Source of the DNA: Octopus bimaculoides
Taxonomy: Eukaryota
Direction of reading: 5' to 3'
DNA: 64,000 nucleotides
Assembly (NCBI RefSeq): GCF_001194135.2
Contig: NC_068984.1
Location: 87,292,152 to 87,356,151 of the forward strand
Under the pieces are notes generated by a model, which made no database searches, was not told the DNA's origin, and saw nothing but the letters and a program-made list of their open reading frames with translations. This document shows positions 13,530-25,422 of the stretch, piece after piece. A program made the translations under genes and the position numbers. Every line of letters starts with the position of its first letter. Position 1 is the first letter of the stretch.

Positions 13530-13565
<36 letters not shown>

Positions 13566-13990
13566 GAAAAGTAGATTGTATGATGCTTGTGTCTGGAAGC
13601 AATGCTGCATAGTAAACAGACATGGGCTATGAATGCAGAGAACATGTGAAAACTAACAATGTGTGAAGCAATATCCTCCATATTCACTGTCAGTGTGCAA
13701 ATACAACGAAGTGTAAATGTGCTGAGAGAAAAATTGTGCCTAAGAGGAATCAGGTGTAGTGTACAAGAGTAGAAACTATGCTAGTGTGGTCATGTGGTGT
13801 GTATGGGTGAGAATGGCTGTATAAAGAAGTGCTGATTGCTAAATGTGGATAGAACTGATGGAAGAGGGAGATCCAGGAAGACATGAGTTGAAGTAGTGAA
13901 TGCTGATCTCAAGATATGGAGTATCATAGAAGAAATGACAAAGGATAGAGATGATTGGTAATTCGCTGTGATTAGGACAGTTCATCTGTC
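13240..13990 (+). mobile_element. Degenerate RTE LINE, RT C-terminal fragment
   Basis: Remnants of W-R-K-F-R-E-L-L-P-L-L and VKSRLYDACV...MLHS..TW; same family as 51310-51900. Confidence 0.65.
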
Positions 13991-14697
13991 ATGGCAGCAG
14001 TGAAGTTCTAAAAGTATTGTGTTTATGCCTATACATTCACCTAGCTCTGCTCCCGAATCCAATTTGTCCCCCTCAAACCTTCCCTACCTTTCATCTTCGC
14101 AACACCCAATGCTCCATCAGTCTTCTAACTATGGAACTATTCAGCTACTATAAGCATACGAGAGCAGAAAATGCTCATATTTCATCTTCTTTATGCTACC
14201 AGTTACCTCTTCCTGGAACCACTTCTTTTAAAATTCATCCCACATTCTCAAAATCATTCTTTCTCACTTTATTTTCCATCAGTCACTAATTTCTGTGCTT
14301 CCAGTTATTTCTGCTTCTCCTCTAAGCTACATCTTAGGACTACCACACCCTCTTTAATATCCTCTCATATGTGCTACCATTCACAACACTGTCATATCTT
14401 CTGTCAACAGCCTCCCTACCACCTTTGTCCCCAACTATGGCGACTCCAGCCTACAGCTGACATCTGCATCACCACCATCTTTGTCTTCTTTGCAGCTACC
14501 TCCACTCTTGTATAATGTGGGATAGCCATTTATTTCCTCAGTAGCATGACACCTGTGTCTGTTCCTCTATTATTTTTTCAGCACCTAGTCTAAAGCCGCT
14601 TCCCTCTCAAATACAACATTGCTGACAAAGAAACTTTAATGACAAAGAGAATGCCTCCTGTGGGGGAAAACGATTCAACTCATGCTAGCATGGAAAA

Positions 14698-14788
14698 GTG
14701 ATAAATGACGATGATGTCGACGATGACGACGACGATGACGACGACAATGATGATGATGATGATGAAGACAATGTCGAAGATGATGATA

Positions 14789-14819
<31 letters not shown>

Positions 14820-14840
14820 TGGTAGTGATGATAATGATAC
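14698..14840. repeat. (GAT/GAC/GGT)n trinucleotide microsatellite
   Basis: Directly visible; produces a spurious poly-Asp ORF. Confidence 0.85.
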
Positions 14841-15615
14841 ATACATACATACATACATACATGTATATATGAAAGAAAAAGAAAACAAAAAATGGAACAA
14901 GAACGTAACTGGCGACAATAAAACATCCGGACAGTTAGACGATACAAAAGAGGGCAGGAAAAGACAAGGACGAGTCATATGGAGCTTCCTGTCCTGAGTC
15001 GAGTTCTAGATTATCTTAGCAGTTTCAGCTGGTTACACTTGAAACTGCTCCAATCTGACTGGCCCCAAGAAAATCTAAGCTGAGAGCACTAGATTCCTTG
15101 GAAGAAAGCAAGCAAATGTATACGGAAAGAAAGATGGAAAAAAACCAAGAAATGGTACACAATTACAAATACAAATAAGAGGACATAACAGGTGTCTTTC
15201 GACTAAGGACGAATTAAATTAAGATGGCGTGTGTGAAAGTGAAGCCTGACAGCAGGAACATAAGAAATGAAAGTCATGGGAAGGAATATAAGAGATGCTA
15301 CACGGGTGGTAGTTGAACCAAGAAAGAAAGGTCAGACTTGGCAGAACACCGGTCATTTGGAAGGAGAGGAGAGAGGTAGGGGCAGAGGGATTGAAGAATT
15401 AGGGAGGGATGAGAAAGAGAGAAAAAGAAAAAAAGGAAAGGGACAGAGTGAGGTAAAAGAGGAGGGAAAGTGAGAATGAAGGGAATGCCAAGAAATGTGA
15501 AGGAGGGGGAGGGAGAAAAAGAAAAGTGGAAAGAACAAAGAAAGTGGGTAGGGAGCTAAGAGAAAAAGCAAGAGAGTTATACACTATGTGTGTATGTATG
15601 TATGTATTTGTATGT

Positions 15616-15990
15616 GGAGGCGCAATGGCCCAGTGGTTAAGGCAGTGGACTCGCGGTCATAGGATCGCGGTTTCGATTCCCAGACCGAGCATTGTGAGTG
15701 TTTATTGAGCGAATACACCTAAAGCTCCACGAGGCTCCGGCAGCGGATGGTGGCAAACCCTGCTGTACTCTTCCACTACAACTTTCTCTCACTCTTTCTT
15801 CCTGTTTCTGTTGTGCCTGTAATTCAAAGAGTCAGCCTTGTCACACTCTGTGTCACGCTGAATATCCCCCGGGAACTACGTTAAGGGTACACGTGTCTGT
15901 GGAGTGCTCAGCCACTTGCATGTTAATTTCACGAGCAGGCTGTTCCGTTGAACTGGAACCCTCGACGTCGTAAGTGATGGAGTGCCAACA
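15616..15990 (+). mobile_element. tRNA-derived SINE, family C (near full length)
   Basis: Head ggaggcgcaaTGGCCCAGTGG (A box) ... GGTTTCGATTCCC (B box); inverted copy at 34091-34459. Confidence 0.85.
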
Positions 15991-16341
15991 TGTATTTGTA
16001 TGTGTGTATATATTTCTTTAATGATAGTATTTCCAGTCAGGAAAGGATGGTTCTGTAATTTTTTGCTGATCAATCTACATAGATGATTTGTTAATAGTGA
16101 TCAAATTTTCCAGCTGTACATTAGTTCACTCTCCTCATCAAATTCAGATTGTCTGTACAGGTGCATGGAGTACCACTCATCAGTTATTGAAGTGATCACT
16201 GAGCAATGTGAGATGAAGACTTTTGCTCAAGAACACAACACACTGCCTGGTCCAAGAATCAAACTTATGAACTCATGATTGTGAGAGCAACACCCTAACC
16301 TCTAAGCCACTTGTACCCCACTTCATATATATGTATATATC

Positions 16342-16690
16342 ATCATCATCATCGTTTAACGTCCGCTTTCCATGCTAGCATGGGTTGGACGATTTGACTG
16401 AGGACTGGTGGACCAGGTGGCTACACCAGGCTCCAATCTGATTTGGCAGAGTTTCTACAGCTGGATGCCCTTCCTAACACCAACCACTCAGAGAGTGTAG
16501 TGGGTTCTTTTACGTGCCACCGGCACGAAGGCCAGTCAGGCGATACTGGCAACGGCCACGCTCAAAATGGTGTATTCTATGTGCCACCCGCACAAGAGCC
16601 AGTCCAGGGACACGATCTCGCTTGAAAATCCTTACACATGCCATGGGCACAAGTGCCAGAAAGGCGACGCTGGGCACAGGTGCCATCCCG
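16342..16690 (-). mobile_element. SINE family B (young copy)
   Basis: catcatcatcgtttaacgtccgctttccatgctagcatgggttggacg, nearly identical to the copies at 46855-47162 and 49001-49170. Confidence 0.85.
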
Positions 16691-16712
16691 ATTTCGCTTT
16701 TTTTTAAATGCA

Positions 16713-17887
16713 TTCTTTTACCAGACTTTTTTATTTACATATATTACTTCTTTCTTTTACCAGACTTTTTTATTTACATATATTACTTCTTTCTTTTACC
16801 AGACTTTTTTATTTACATATATTACTTCTTTCTTTTACCAGACTTTTTTATTTACATATATTNNNNNNNNNNNNNNNNNNNNNNNNNNNNNNNNNNNNNN
16901 NNNNNNNNNNNNNNNNNNNNNNNNNNNNNNNNNNNNNNNNNNNNNNNNNNNNNNNNNNNNNNNNNNNNNNNNNNNNNNNNNNNNNNNNNNNNNNNNNNNN
17001 NNNNNNNNNNNNNNNNNNNNNNNNNNNNNNNNNNNNNNNNNNNNNNNNNNNNNNNNNNNNNNNNNNNNNNNNNNNNNNNNNNNNNNNNNNNNNNNNNNNN
17101 NNNNNNNNNNNNNNNNNNNNNNNNNNNNNNNNNNNNNNNNNNNNNNNNNNNNNNNNNNNNNNNNNNNNNNNNNNNNNNNNNNNNNNNNNNNNNNNNNNNN
17201 NNNNNNNNNNNNNNNNNNNNNNNNNNNNNNNNNNNNNNNNNNNNNNNNNNNNNNNNNNNNNNNNNNNNNNNNNNNNNNNNNNNNNNNNNNNNNNNNNNNN
17301 NNNNNNNNNNNNNNNNNNNNNNNNNNNNNNNNNNNNNNNNNNNNNNNNNNNNNNNNNNNNNNNNNNNNNNNNNNNNNNNNNNNNNNNNNNNNNNNNNNNN
17401 NNNNNNNNNNNNNNNNNNNNNNNNNNNNNNNNNNNNNNNNNNNNNNNNNNNNNNNNNNNNNNNNNNNNNNNNNNNNNNNNNNNNNNNNNNNNNNNNNNNN
17501 NNNNNNNNNNNNNNNNNNNNNNNNNNNNNNNNNNNNNNNNNNNNNNNNNNNNNNNNNNNNNNNNNNNNNNNNNNNNNNNNNNNNNNNNNNNNNNNNNNNN
17601 NNNNNNNNNNNNNNNNNNNNNNNNNNNNNNNNNNNNNNNNNNNNNNNNNNNNNNNNNNNNNNNNNNNNNNNNNNNNNNNNNNNNNNNNNNNNNNNNNNNN
17701 NNNNNNNNNNNNNNNNNNNNNNNNNNNNNNNNNNNNNNNNNNNNNNNNNNNNNNNNNNNNNNNNNNNNNNNNNNNNNNNNNNNNNNNNNNNTTCTTTTAC
17801 CAGACTTTTTTATTTACATATATTACTTCTTTCTTTTACCAGACTTTTTTATTTACATATATTACTTCTTTCTTTTACCAGACTTTT
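16713..17887. repeat. 39-bp minisatellite array spanning an assembly gap
   Basis: Unit ttcttttaccagacttttttatttacatatattacttct repeated exactly on both sides of the N-gap 16863-17791. Confidence 0.93.
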
Positions 17888-18048
17888 AAACCTAAATATT
17901 AGGAGTACAGACTATTCATAGGCACAGGCATGTTGTTAAGAAGCTTGCTTTGCAACCATGTGGCTTCAGTTCCAGTCCCACTGTGCAAGTGTCTTCTACT
18001 ATGGCCCTGGACTAAACAAATCCTTGTGAGTGAATCTGGTAAATGGAA

Positions 18049-18086
<38 letters not shown>

Positions 18087-18724
18087 CGCGTAGACTTAGT
18101 TCCTCAAGTCAATTCTGTTCAGGTGTAACAAAAGAACTCAGAATAACAGATATAGCAAGATTAAAAATCAAAAAGACACAATAATTAAAATGAGGGAAAC
18201 ATCAAAGAGCAAAGATTAAAAACTTGCAATAAAAGAAAAAGAGCTAAAAATGAATGACTAAGCTTACATACATACATACATACATACACACACACATATG
18301 TACATCATCATCATCATTGTTTAACACCTGCTTTCCATGCTGGCATGGGTTGGACAGTTTGACAGGAGCCTGCACTGAACTTCTGTGTGTATTTTGGTAT
18401 GGTTTTTATGGCTGGATGTCCATCCTAACACCAACCACCCTGCAGAGTGAACTGAGTGCTTTTTATGTAGCATGAGCACAGGTGAGGTCAGTTTTGGCAT
18501 GATTTTTACAGCTGGATGCCCTTCCACTTTACAGTGTGGACTGGATGGTTTTTATGTGACATCAGCACTGGCAGGGTCACCAAGTGACTTGCAACAAAGC
18601 AAGAATCCTTTAAGAGGGGAGGGGGCATTGGAGGAGGTGATCTTGTGTCAGATGATAAAAGATTATAGTGAGACAGAGAGACAGAAACATGTCTTACTGT
18701 AGAGGAGGTACAAGGTTACCTGGC

Positions 18725-18766
<42 letters not shown>

Positions 18767-19049
18767 TATCATTCATATATATATATATATGTGTGTGTGT
18801 ATGTATATATATGTATGTATATATATATATCTATATCTATTTTTATATATAACGTTGACCACTAACGTGGACATTCAATGTGCTAGAAATAGATCACATC
18901 TTGTGTCTATTAAGACCTAAATTGTTCTCANNNNNNNNNNAATAGATCACATCTTGTGTCTATTAAGACCTAAATTGTTCTCAACATGAAATATAGCGGA
19001 ATACCAAAACGTAAGCAGGCAAGACATTTAAAATCACTGAAAAAAATCA

Positions 19050-19161
19050 TTATTAAACAGGGACCGGTTCTGAGGATTATGGTTACATTACAAATCAGGC
19101 TGAAGAGAAATAGACAGTCGGTAAGATTGTTAAATTTTTAAAACCGGTCCCTGTTTAATAA
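19050..19161. repeat. 20-bp perfect inverted repeat enclosing a CTGAAGAG motif (possible Penelope-like end)
   Basis: ttattaaacagggaccggtt (19050-19069) / aaccggtccctgtttaataa (19142-19161). Confidence 0.6.
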
Positions 19162-19520
19162 ATCTATATCTATCTATCTATATACGATGGGCTGTCCTGC
19201 AAAGATGATGAATGATAATTTAGCTTATGCTAAACAACTTGCACAAATGATTTGTTTACAGAGATCAAACGCATATGCTGCACATTAACTCACTCTCTTC
19301 ATCAAATCAATGTTGCTTGAATTGGCGCACAGTGTACCACAAGTCAGGTGTGAAAATAATTGCAGAGCAACATGAGATGAAGTATTTTGCTCATGAACAC
19401 AATGCACCAAAGGTCTAGGAGTTGAAATCATGATTTAGCAATTGTGAATGCAAAACCCTAACCACTAAGCCACGTGTCCTCAGCTATCTGTATATATGCA
19501 TATGTGTGTATATATATATG

Positions 19521-19551
<31 letters not shown>

Positions 19552-20796
19552 GTATGTATGTATATATACATATATATATANNNNNNNNNNNNNNNNNNNN
19601 NNNNNNNNNNNNNNNNNNNNNNNNNNNNNNNNNNNNNNNNNNNNNNNNNNNNNNNNNNNNNNNNNNNNNNNNNNNNNNNNNNNNNNNNNNNNNNNNNNNN
19701 NNNNNNNNNNNNNNNNNNNNNNNNNNNNNNNNNNNNNNNNNNNNNNNNNNNNNNNNNNNNNNNNNNNNNNNNNNNNNNNNNNNNNNNNNNNNNNNNNNNN
19801 NNNNNNNNNNNNNNNNNNNNNNNNNNNNNNNNNNNNNNNNNATGAGATGAAGTATTTTGCTCATGAACACAATGCACCAAAGGTCTAGGAGTTGAAATCA
19901 TGATTTAGCAATTGTGAATGCAAAACCCTAACCACTAAGCCACGTGTCCTCAGCTATCTGTATATATGCATATGTGTGTATATATATATGTATATATATA
20001 TATATGTATGTGTGTCTGTGTTTGTCCCCCCAACATCGCTTGACAACCAATGCTGGTGTGTTTACGTCCCCATAACTTAGCAGTTTGGCAAAAGAGACCG
20101 ATAGAATAAGTACTAGGCTTCCAAAGAATAAGTCCGGGGTCAATTTGCTCGACTAAAGGTGGTGCTCCATCATGGCCGCAGTCAAATGACTGAAACAAGT
20201 AAAAGAGTATATAAATATACAAGAGTTTTGTATGCGTATATATGTGTTGATATATGTGAATGTCTACATACATATATGTACGTGTGTGTGTGTACATCTT
20301 CTTTAATTCTTTTTATATTTACCACTAACCTGTCCTTTTAAGCAACTAAACTTATGTTTCTAATTCTTCATTCCACCTGAATTTTACTATCCTTACTCCG
20401 CTCTCTCTTCCCATCACAACATACTTCACACTCCTTTACTCATCAAAACCAGTAACTTTTAATTTATATTTCAAACAAACATCATTTTCCTATATTCCTT
20501 CATATCTTTAAAAGACACCATTCGATTAATTATACAAACTTCCCCTTTTATATCTCTGAGGAGTGGAAGTATTGCCTATCAATGTTTATCAATCTTGGAT
20601 TCCATTATAAAGACAATACTTTTGTGAAACAATCGTAAGATGCATTAAATACTTAACTTTAAACTATTAAATTTTAAACTGCCATGTTTTACATATTTAT
20701 ACATATTTACATATATTTATATATATATATTTTAGATCAATATTACTTTACACATATATATCTTGTGAAGAGTTTTTTGATATTGANNNNNNNNNN

Positions 20797-20847
<51 letters not shown>

Positions 20848-20848
20848 T

Positions 20849-20895
<47 letters not shown>

Positions 20896-21484
20896 CAATA
20901 AAGGTCATCACTTGCAGCTAAGCATGATAAACAGCGATGTCACTGTTTGTACCTGGGTTGCAACTGGTGTTGTTTGTTGATATTTTCTGTAATCAAATCT
21001 CACTGGTTCTGCACATTCAAATTCCACTAAAACAAAATTATCTCTCACTTGAAGAACAAATAAGTGTTGACAACAGGAAGAGCACCCAGGTGGAAAATTT
21101 TGCCTCAATTTTCTCCTGTTTAAGTAATGGAAAATAGACATTAAGCAAATGAACAAATGCTATACATACTTACATGCATACATACATATGCATGTATACA
21201 TACATATGCATGTATACATATGTGGTGATGACTGGAAAGGCATCCCAGGCGCCTTTCCAGTCGTCCCCGCTGCTGCAGCGGGCAGCCCGTTTCGCACTGG
21301 TGCGTGGTTGCACCTTCGGCCAATGGGGGTCGGCTTCAGAGATTTTATTGAATAAATTTATTCTTTGGTATTTCAAGATATTTTTATGTAATTTTGATGA
21401 ATATATCTGTTAAAATGAGATGTCAGTGTTATTTTAATTTTTGCATAATTTAGGTGACAATATATTCACTGCACCCTATATATA

Positions 21485-22714
21485 CAGGGGTTGGATAAAA
21501 TAATGGAAACACCTTAAGATTTCAAACAAATTTATTTTAATATGGGGTTGCCTTTGGCACTAATTACAGCTTGAATTCTATGAGGTATGGACTCATACAA
21601 AGTTTGAATTGTTTCCAAAGGAATTTTTGTCCATTCTTCAGCTAAAACAGTCTCCAGATCTTGTAGTGATGATGGTGGAGGATATCGACTCCTTACTTGT
21701 TTTTCTAAAATGCACAATAAATGTTCAATAATATTGAGATNNNNNNNNNNAGATCTTGTAGTGATGATGGTGGAGGATATCGACTCCTTACTTGTTTTTC
21801 TAAAATGCACAATAAATGTTCAATAATATTGAGATATGGGGACTGTGGTGGCCAGATAAGATGTTCAACTTAACTAGAATGTTCCTCATGCCATTCAGTA
21901 ACAACTTTAGCTGTGTGAATTGGTGCATTATCATTCTGAGAGACTGCAGATTTCCAAGATATAGCCTCATCAGACCATTACAGATCCTCCTCCATGTTTA
22001 ACAGTTGGAAGAAGGCAGTCTGGGTCAACTACTTCTTTTGGCTGTCTCCACTCGTATACTCAGCCAGCGATTGGAAATAAGGTAAAGGATGACTTGTCCG
22101 AGAAAATAGCATTCTTGCACTGCTCTAGGGACCAATTCTATAGGTTTTTTTCTCCACTCTAAACGTTTTGCAACGTTTGATTTTGAAAATAGTGGTTTTC
22201 TGATTGCAGCCCTCCTGTAAAATCCAGTTTTGTGCAGCTTCCTGCAAACAGTTTTTGTGGAAACTGGGTTCTCAGGTGGTCATTAAGCTCTGCAGTAATT
22301 TTTGGAGCTGTACTTTTGTGATCCTTTTGGTCTGTATCTGAAAGTTTTGGTTTTCTTCCAGAGTTTTGTTTTGATGAGGAGTTTTTTCCTTCTTTCTCAA
22401 AGGCTGTCATTACTTTCTAGACAGTACTTCTTGATATGCCAAACATTTTGGCTGTTTTCATTATGCTAGAGCCTGTCATACGAGCACCAACAGTTTGACC
22501 TCTTTGAAAGTCCAATAAATCTGTCATTTTAATTAATTTTAATTACCTTTTTCTGATGATATCTGAAAAGAAACAGCAATTTTAGCAAAACATATTAAGC
22601 AACACTAATAATAAATCAAAAAACATAAAAATAAACAAGCTTTTGATGGTTTTATAGATGTTTCAAAATTATGATGCTATGATGCTAGGTGTTTCCATTA
22701 TTTTGTCCAACCCC

Positions 22715-22716
<2 letters not shown>
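21485..22716 (-). mobile_element. Tc1-family transposon with a decayed transposase
   Basis: 30-bp TIRs caggggttgga(t/c)aaaataatggaaacacct with one mismatch; TA on the left flank. Minus-strand MTDLLDFQRGQTVGARMTG...FGISRSTV*K (HTH), SGRKPKLS and LNIIEHL...RIQAVISAKG; stops and frameshifts present. Confidence 0.93.
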
Positions 22717-22758
<42 letters not shown>

Positions 22759-23164
22759 CACAAGAAATAAAAAATGATTGTAGGTCTTGTACAAGAAAAA
22801 GTTTTAAAATACTTCCAGCAAATTTAAAAAAAAAACTCAACTGAAGACACAAGTCCATGATAACCAGTAAACATAAATTCCTTATATCTTTCCGTTTTTA
22901 TCATAATAACTCTAGGCAAATAGATAGTCAAATTGCAAAACAGTACAAAAGTTATGTGTGTCTGCTGATTTGACATGAAGGCATGATTATATAATTTACA
23001 TTATGTAACTAATAATCACCTTATGTTAATGAAATGGTGTAACTAAATATCTTACAGACAAGCTGTCAAGTTTTGTTTTGTTTTATGTGTGTGCTCGCGT
23101 GTGTGTCTGTGTATTTGCATGCATCCATGTGAGTGTGTTTGTGTGTGTGCATGCACGCACATGC

Positions 23165-23201
<37 letters not shown>

Positions 23202-24277
23202 GTGAACAGATTAGCATCTTAAACAAAAATGCTTTGCAATCTTTAGGTCCATCTGTGTCACTTTGCTATCTGTCAATGTTGATTTGTCATTCGTTTCTTA
23301 CAAGATTCTTAAAATAAGAACCACAAATTCCTTGGGTCTATGTAATTAACTAAAACATTTAACTGAAAATAATCTTTATATCATGGATATGTTATTAAAA
23401 TGCTACTGAGAAAGTGCATGTATGCTGAAATCCCATGATCTGACAGTTCTGGCACTCATGCCAGACAAATCTCATCTACAGTGATATAGTCTGTGCTCTT
23501 AACATTGTATATCTATATAAAGGAATCTCTCAAGGTGAATACTGCATTATAAGATGTTCTAATAAGGCATAAAGGTTGCCATTTAATAGAAGAATAAAAG
23601 AATTTTGTTTTGATTCTGAATCATAAAATTTGAAATTCTAAAGGAAAAGCTATGATTTAAATTGTATAGGTTATATTTAACAATAGATGTCAAGAAAACT
23701 GAAAATTGAAGTAAAAACTCTTATTTTGCTTTCCAATCAATAGTTTAATCCTACAACAACAAAATTAAATTTCATAGTTATTCCAGTAATGATGTTAAAT
23801 ATCTATCCCAAAATAGAATTGGTATTTTCTACAAATTACATTACCTCTATAAACTTGATATTCTCAATAAAAAATAGTTTCAAACATTACATTCCTCGGC
23901 AAAAGACAGGTTGGTATGTAAAACTGCTTTCTGCAGTTAAGGGCAATGAAATTTTGAGAGAATATATCTGATTTCTTTGGTAAAAGGATTTACTGTTACA
24001 ACTCAAAATATCAGAATTATTTCATATGTTAGGGTGTCAGATGAAATGCCTTCTGGTATTTAATCTGGTTATGTTCTGAGTTCAAATCCCACCAGAGTCA
24101 TCTTTACTAGGATTGATGTGGTTGATGTCACTGACTAGCCCCATCCCCCAAATTCCAGGCATTTTGACTATACTAGAAACAACTTTGTTTCGTTTAATGA
24201 ATAATGGATTTAAAATTCTTTCCTAGATTTCAGTTTTTCTTTGTGTGCTTAATATTTTTTATATTTTCTTCTTTTAG

Positions 24278-24403
24278 GTGTATTTATTTCAATTACATCT
24301 GTTGTTCTTGTTGATTTACTTGGTCTTGAGAACTTGACAAATTCCTTTGGATTGACTCTCTTGATTCAAGGTATTGCTACATTAATAGGACCACCCTTTG
24401 CAG
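24278..24403 (+). CDS. SLC16/MCT-family transporter, coding exon 4
   Basis: ttttag|GT GTA TTT... encodes (G)VFISITSVVLVDLLGLENLTNSFGLTLLIQGIATLIGPPFA(G). Donor AG|GTGAGT; 126 bp, phase 1-1. Confidence 0.95.
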
Positions 24404-24487
24404 GTGAGTTAACTTTCTTCTTCTCTATATTTCTTCATATATTTCCTTCTCTTTTTAAAAAGTTTTTCTCCAATTTTTTTTTCCAAG

Positions 24488-24640
24488 TGCAGGAGTAGTT
24501 GTGTGGTACAATACTTGCTTCCCAACCACATAGTTCTGGGTTCAATCCCACTGCGTAGCACTTTAGACAAGTGTCTTCTGCTATTGCCTCAGAGTGGATT
24601 TGGTAGACGGAAACTGACAGAAGCCTGTTATAAATGTGTG

Positions 24641-24675
<35 letters not shown>

Positions 24676-24850
24676 TTCCCACCACTGCTTGACAAACAGT
24701 GTTGGTATGTTTACATCCCTGTAACTTAGCAGTTTGATAAAAGAGACCAATAGAATAAAAAGAAGTACTGGGGTTGATTCACTTGACTAAAATTCTTGAA
24801 GGTGGTGCCCCAGCATGGCTGCAATCTAATGACTGAGACAAGTAAAAAAA
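24488..24850 (+). mobile_element. tRNA-derived SINE, family A
   Basis: Reverse-orientation homolog of 722-1118. Confidence 0.8.
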
Positions 24851-25069
24851 ACAATACGTTTTCAAATTGATGGAGAAAATTATTACCTGACCAGTTATTT
24901 TACTTTTGCAAAAATAGCATAAAAGGCAAAACAACTGTTGTATAGAAACATATATATCTAAGGTTATCAAATTAAACTAAAAGCCAGGCTCACACTGCAA
25001 ATATACTGCATGTTTAGGCCTACAGTTGTTTGAAAGTGCAACAATGTTACATCATGTACAACAATACCA

Positions 25070-25115
25070 TCATCAACACCATCATCATCACCACCACCAC
25101 CAACAACAACAACAG

Positions 25116-25176
<61 letters not shown>

Positions 25177-25185
25177 AACAACAGC
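25070..25185. repeat. Compound trinucleotide microsatellite (CAT/CAC/CAA/CTA/CTG)
   Basis: Directly visible. Confidence 0.85.
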
Positions 25186-25319
25186 AAATAATTGTTAAAA
25201 ACTGTTAAGTAGAAAGACATATGTTGGCATTGTTTCATACTTCAACAGTAATCTGCATAACAATACCATATCCATTATATATATATATGTACGTATCTAT
25301 ATAATATATAATGTATGAT

Positions 25320-25422
<103 letters not shown>

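Noticed and set aside
14698-14997. Acidic 99-aa ORF (poly-Asp/Gly)
   Set aside because: It is the translation of a trinucleotide microsatellite with no splice or domain support.
21224-21340. Confident HDV-like or hammerhead ribozyme call
   Set aside because: P1/P2/P3 pairings (HDV) and the stem III/NUH site (hammerhead) could not be satisfied on either strand; kept only as an unexplained structure.
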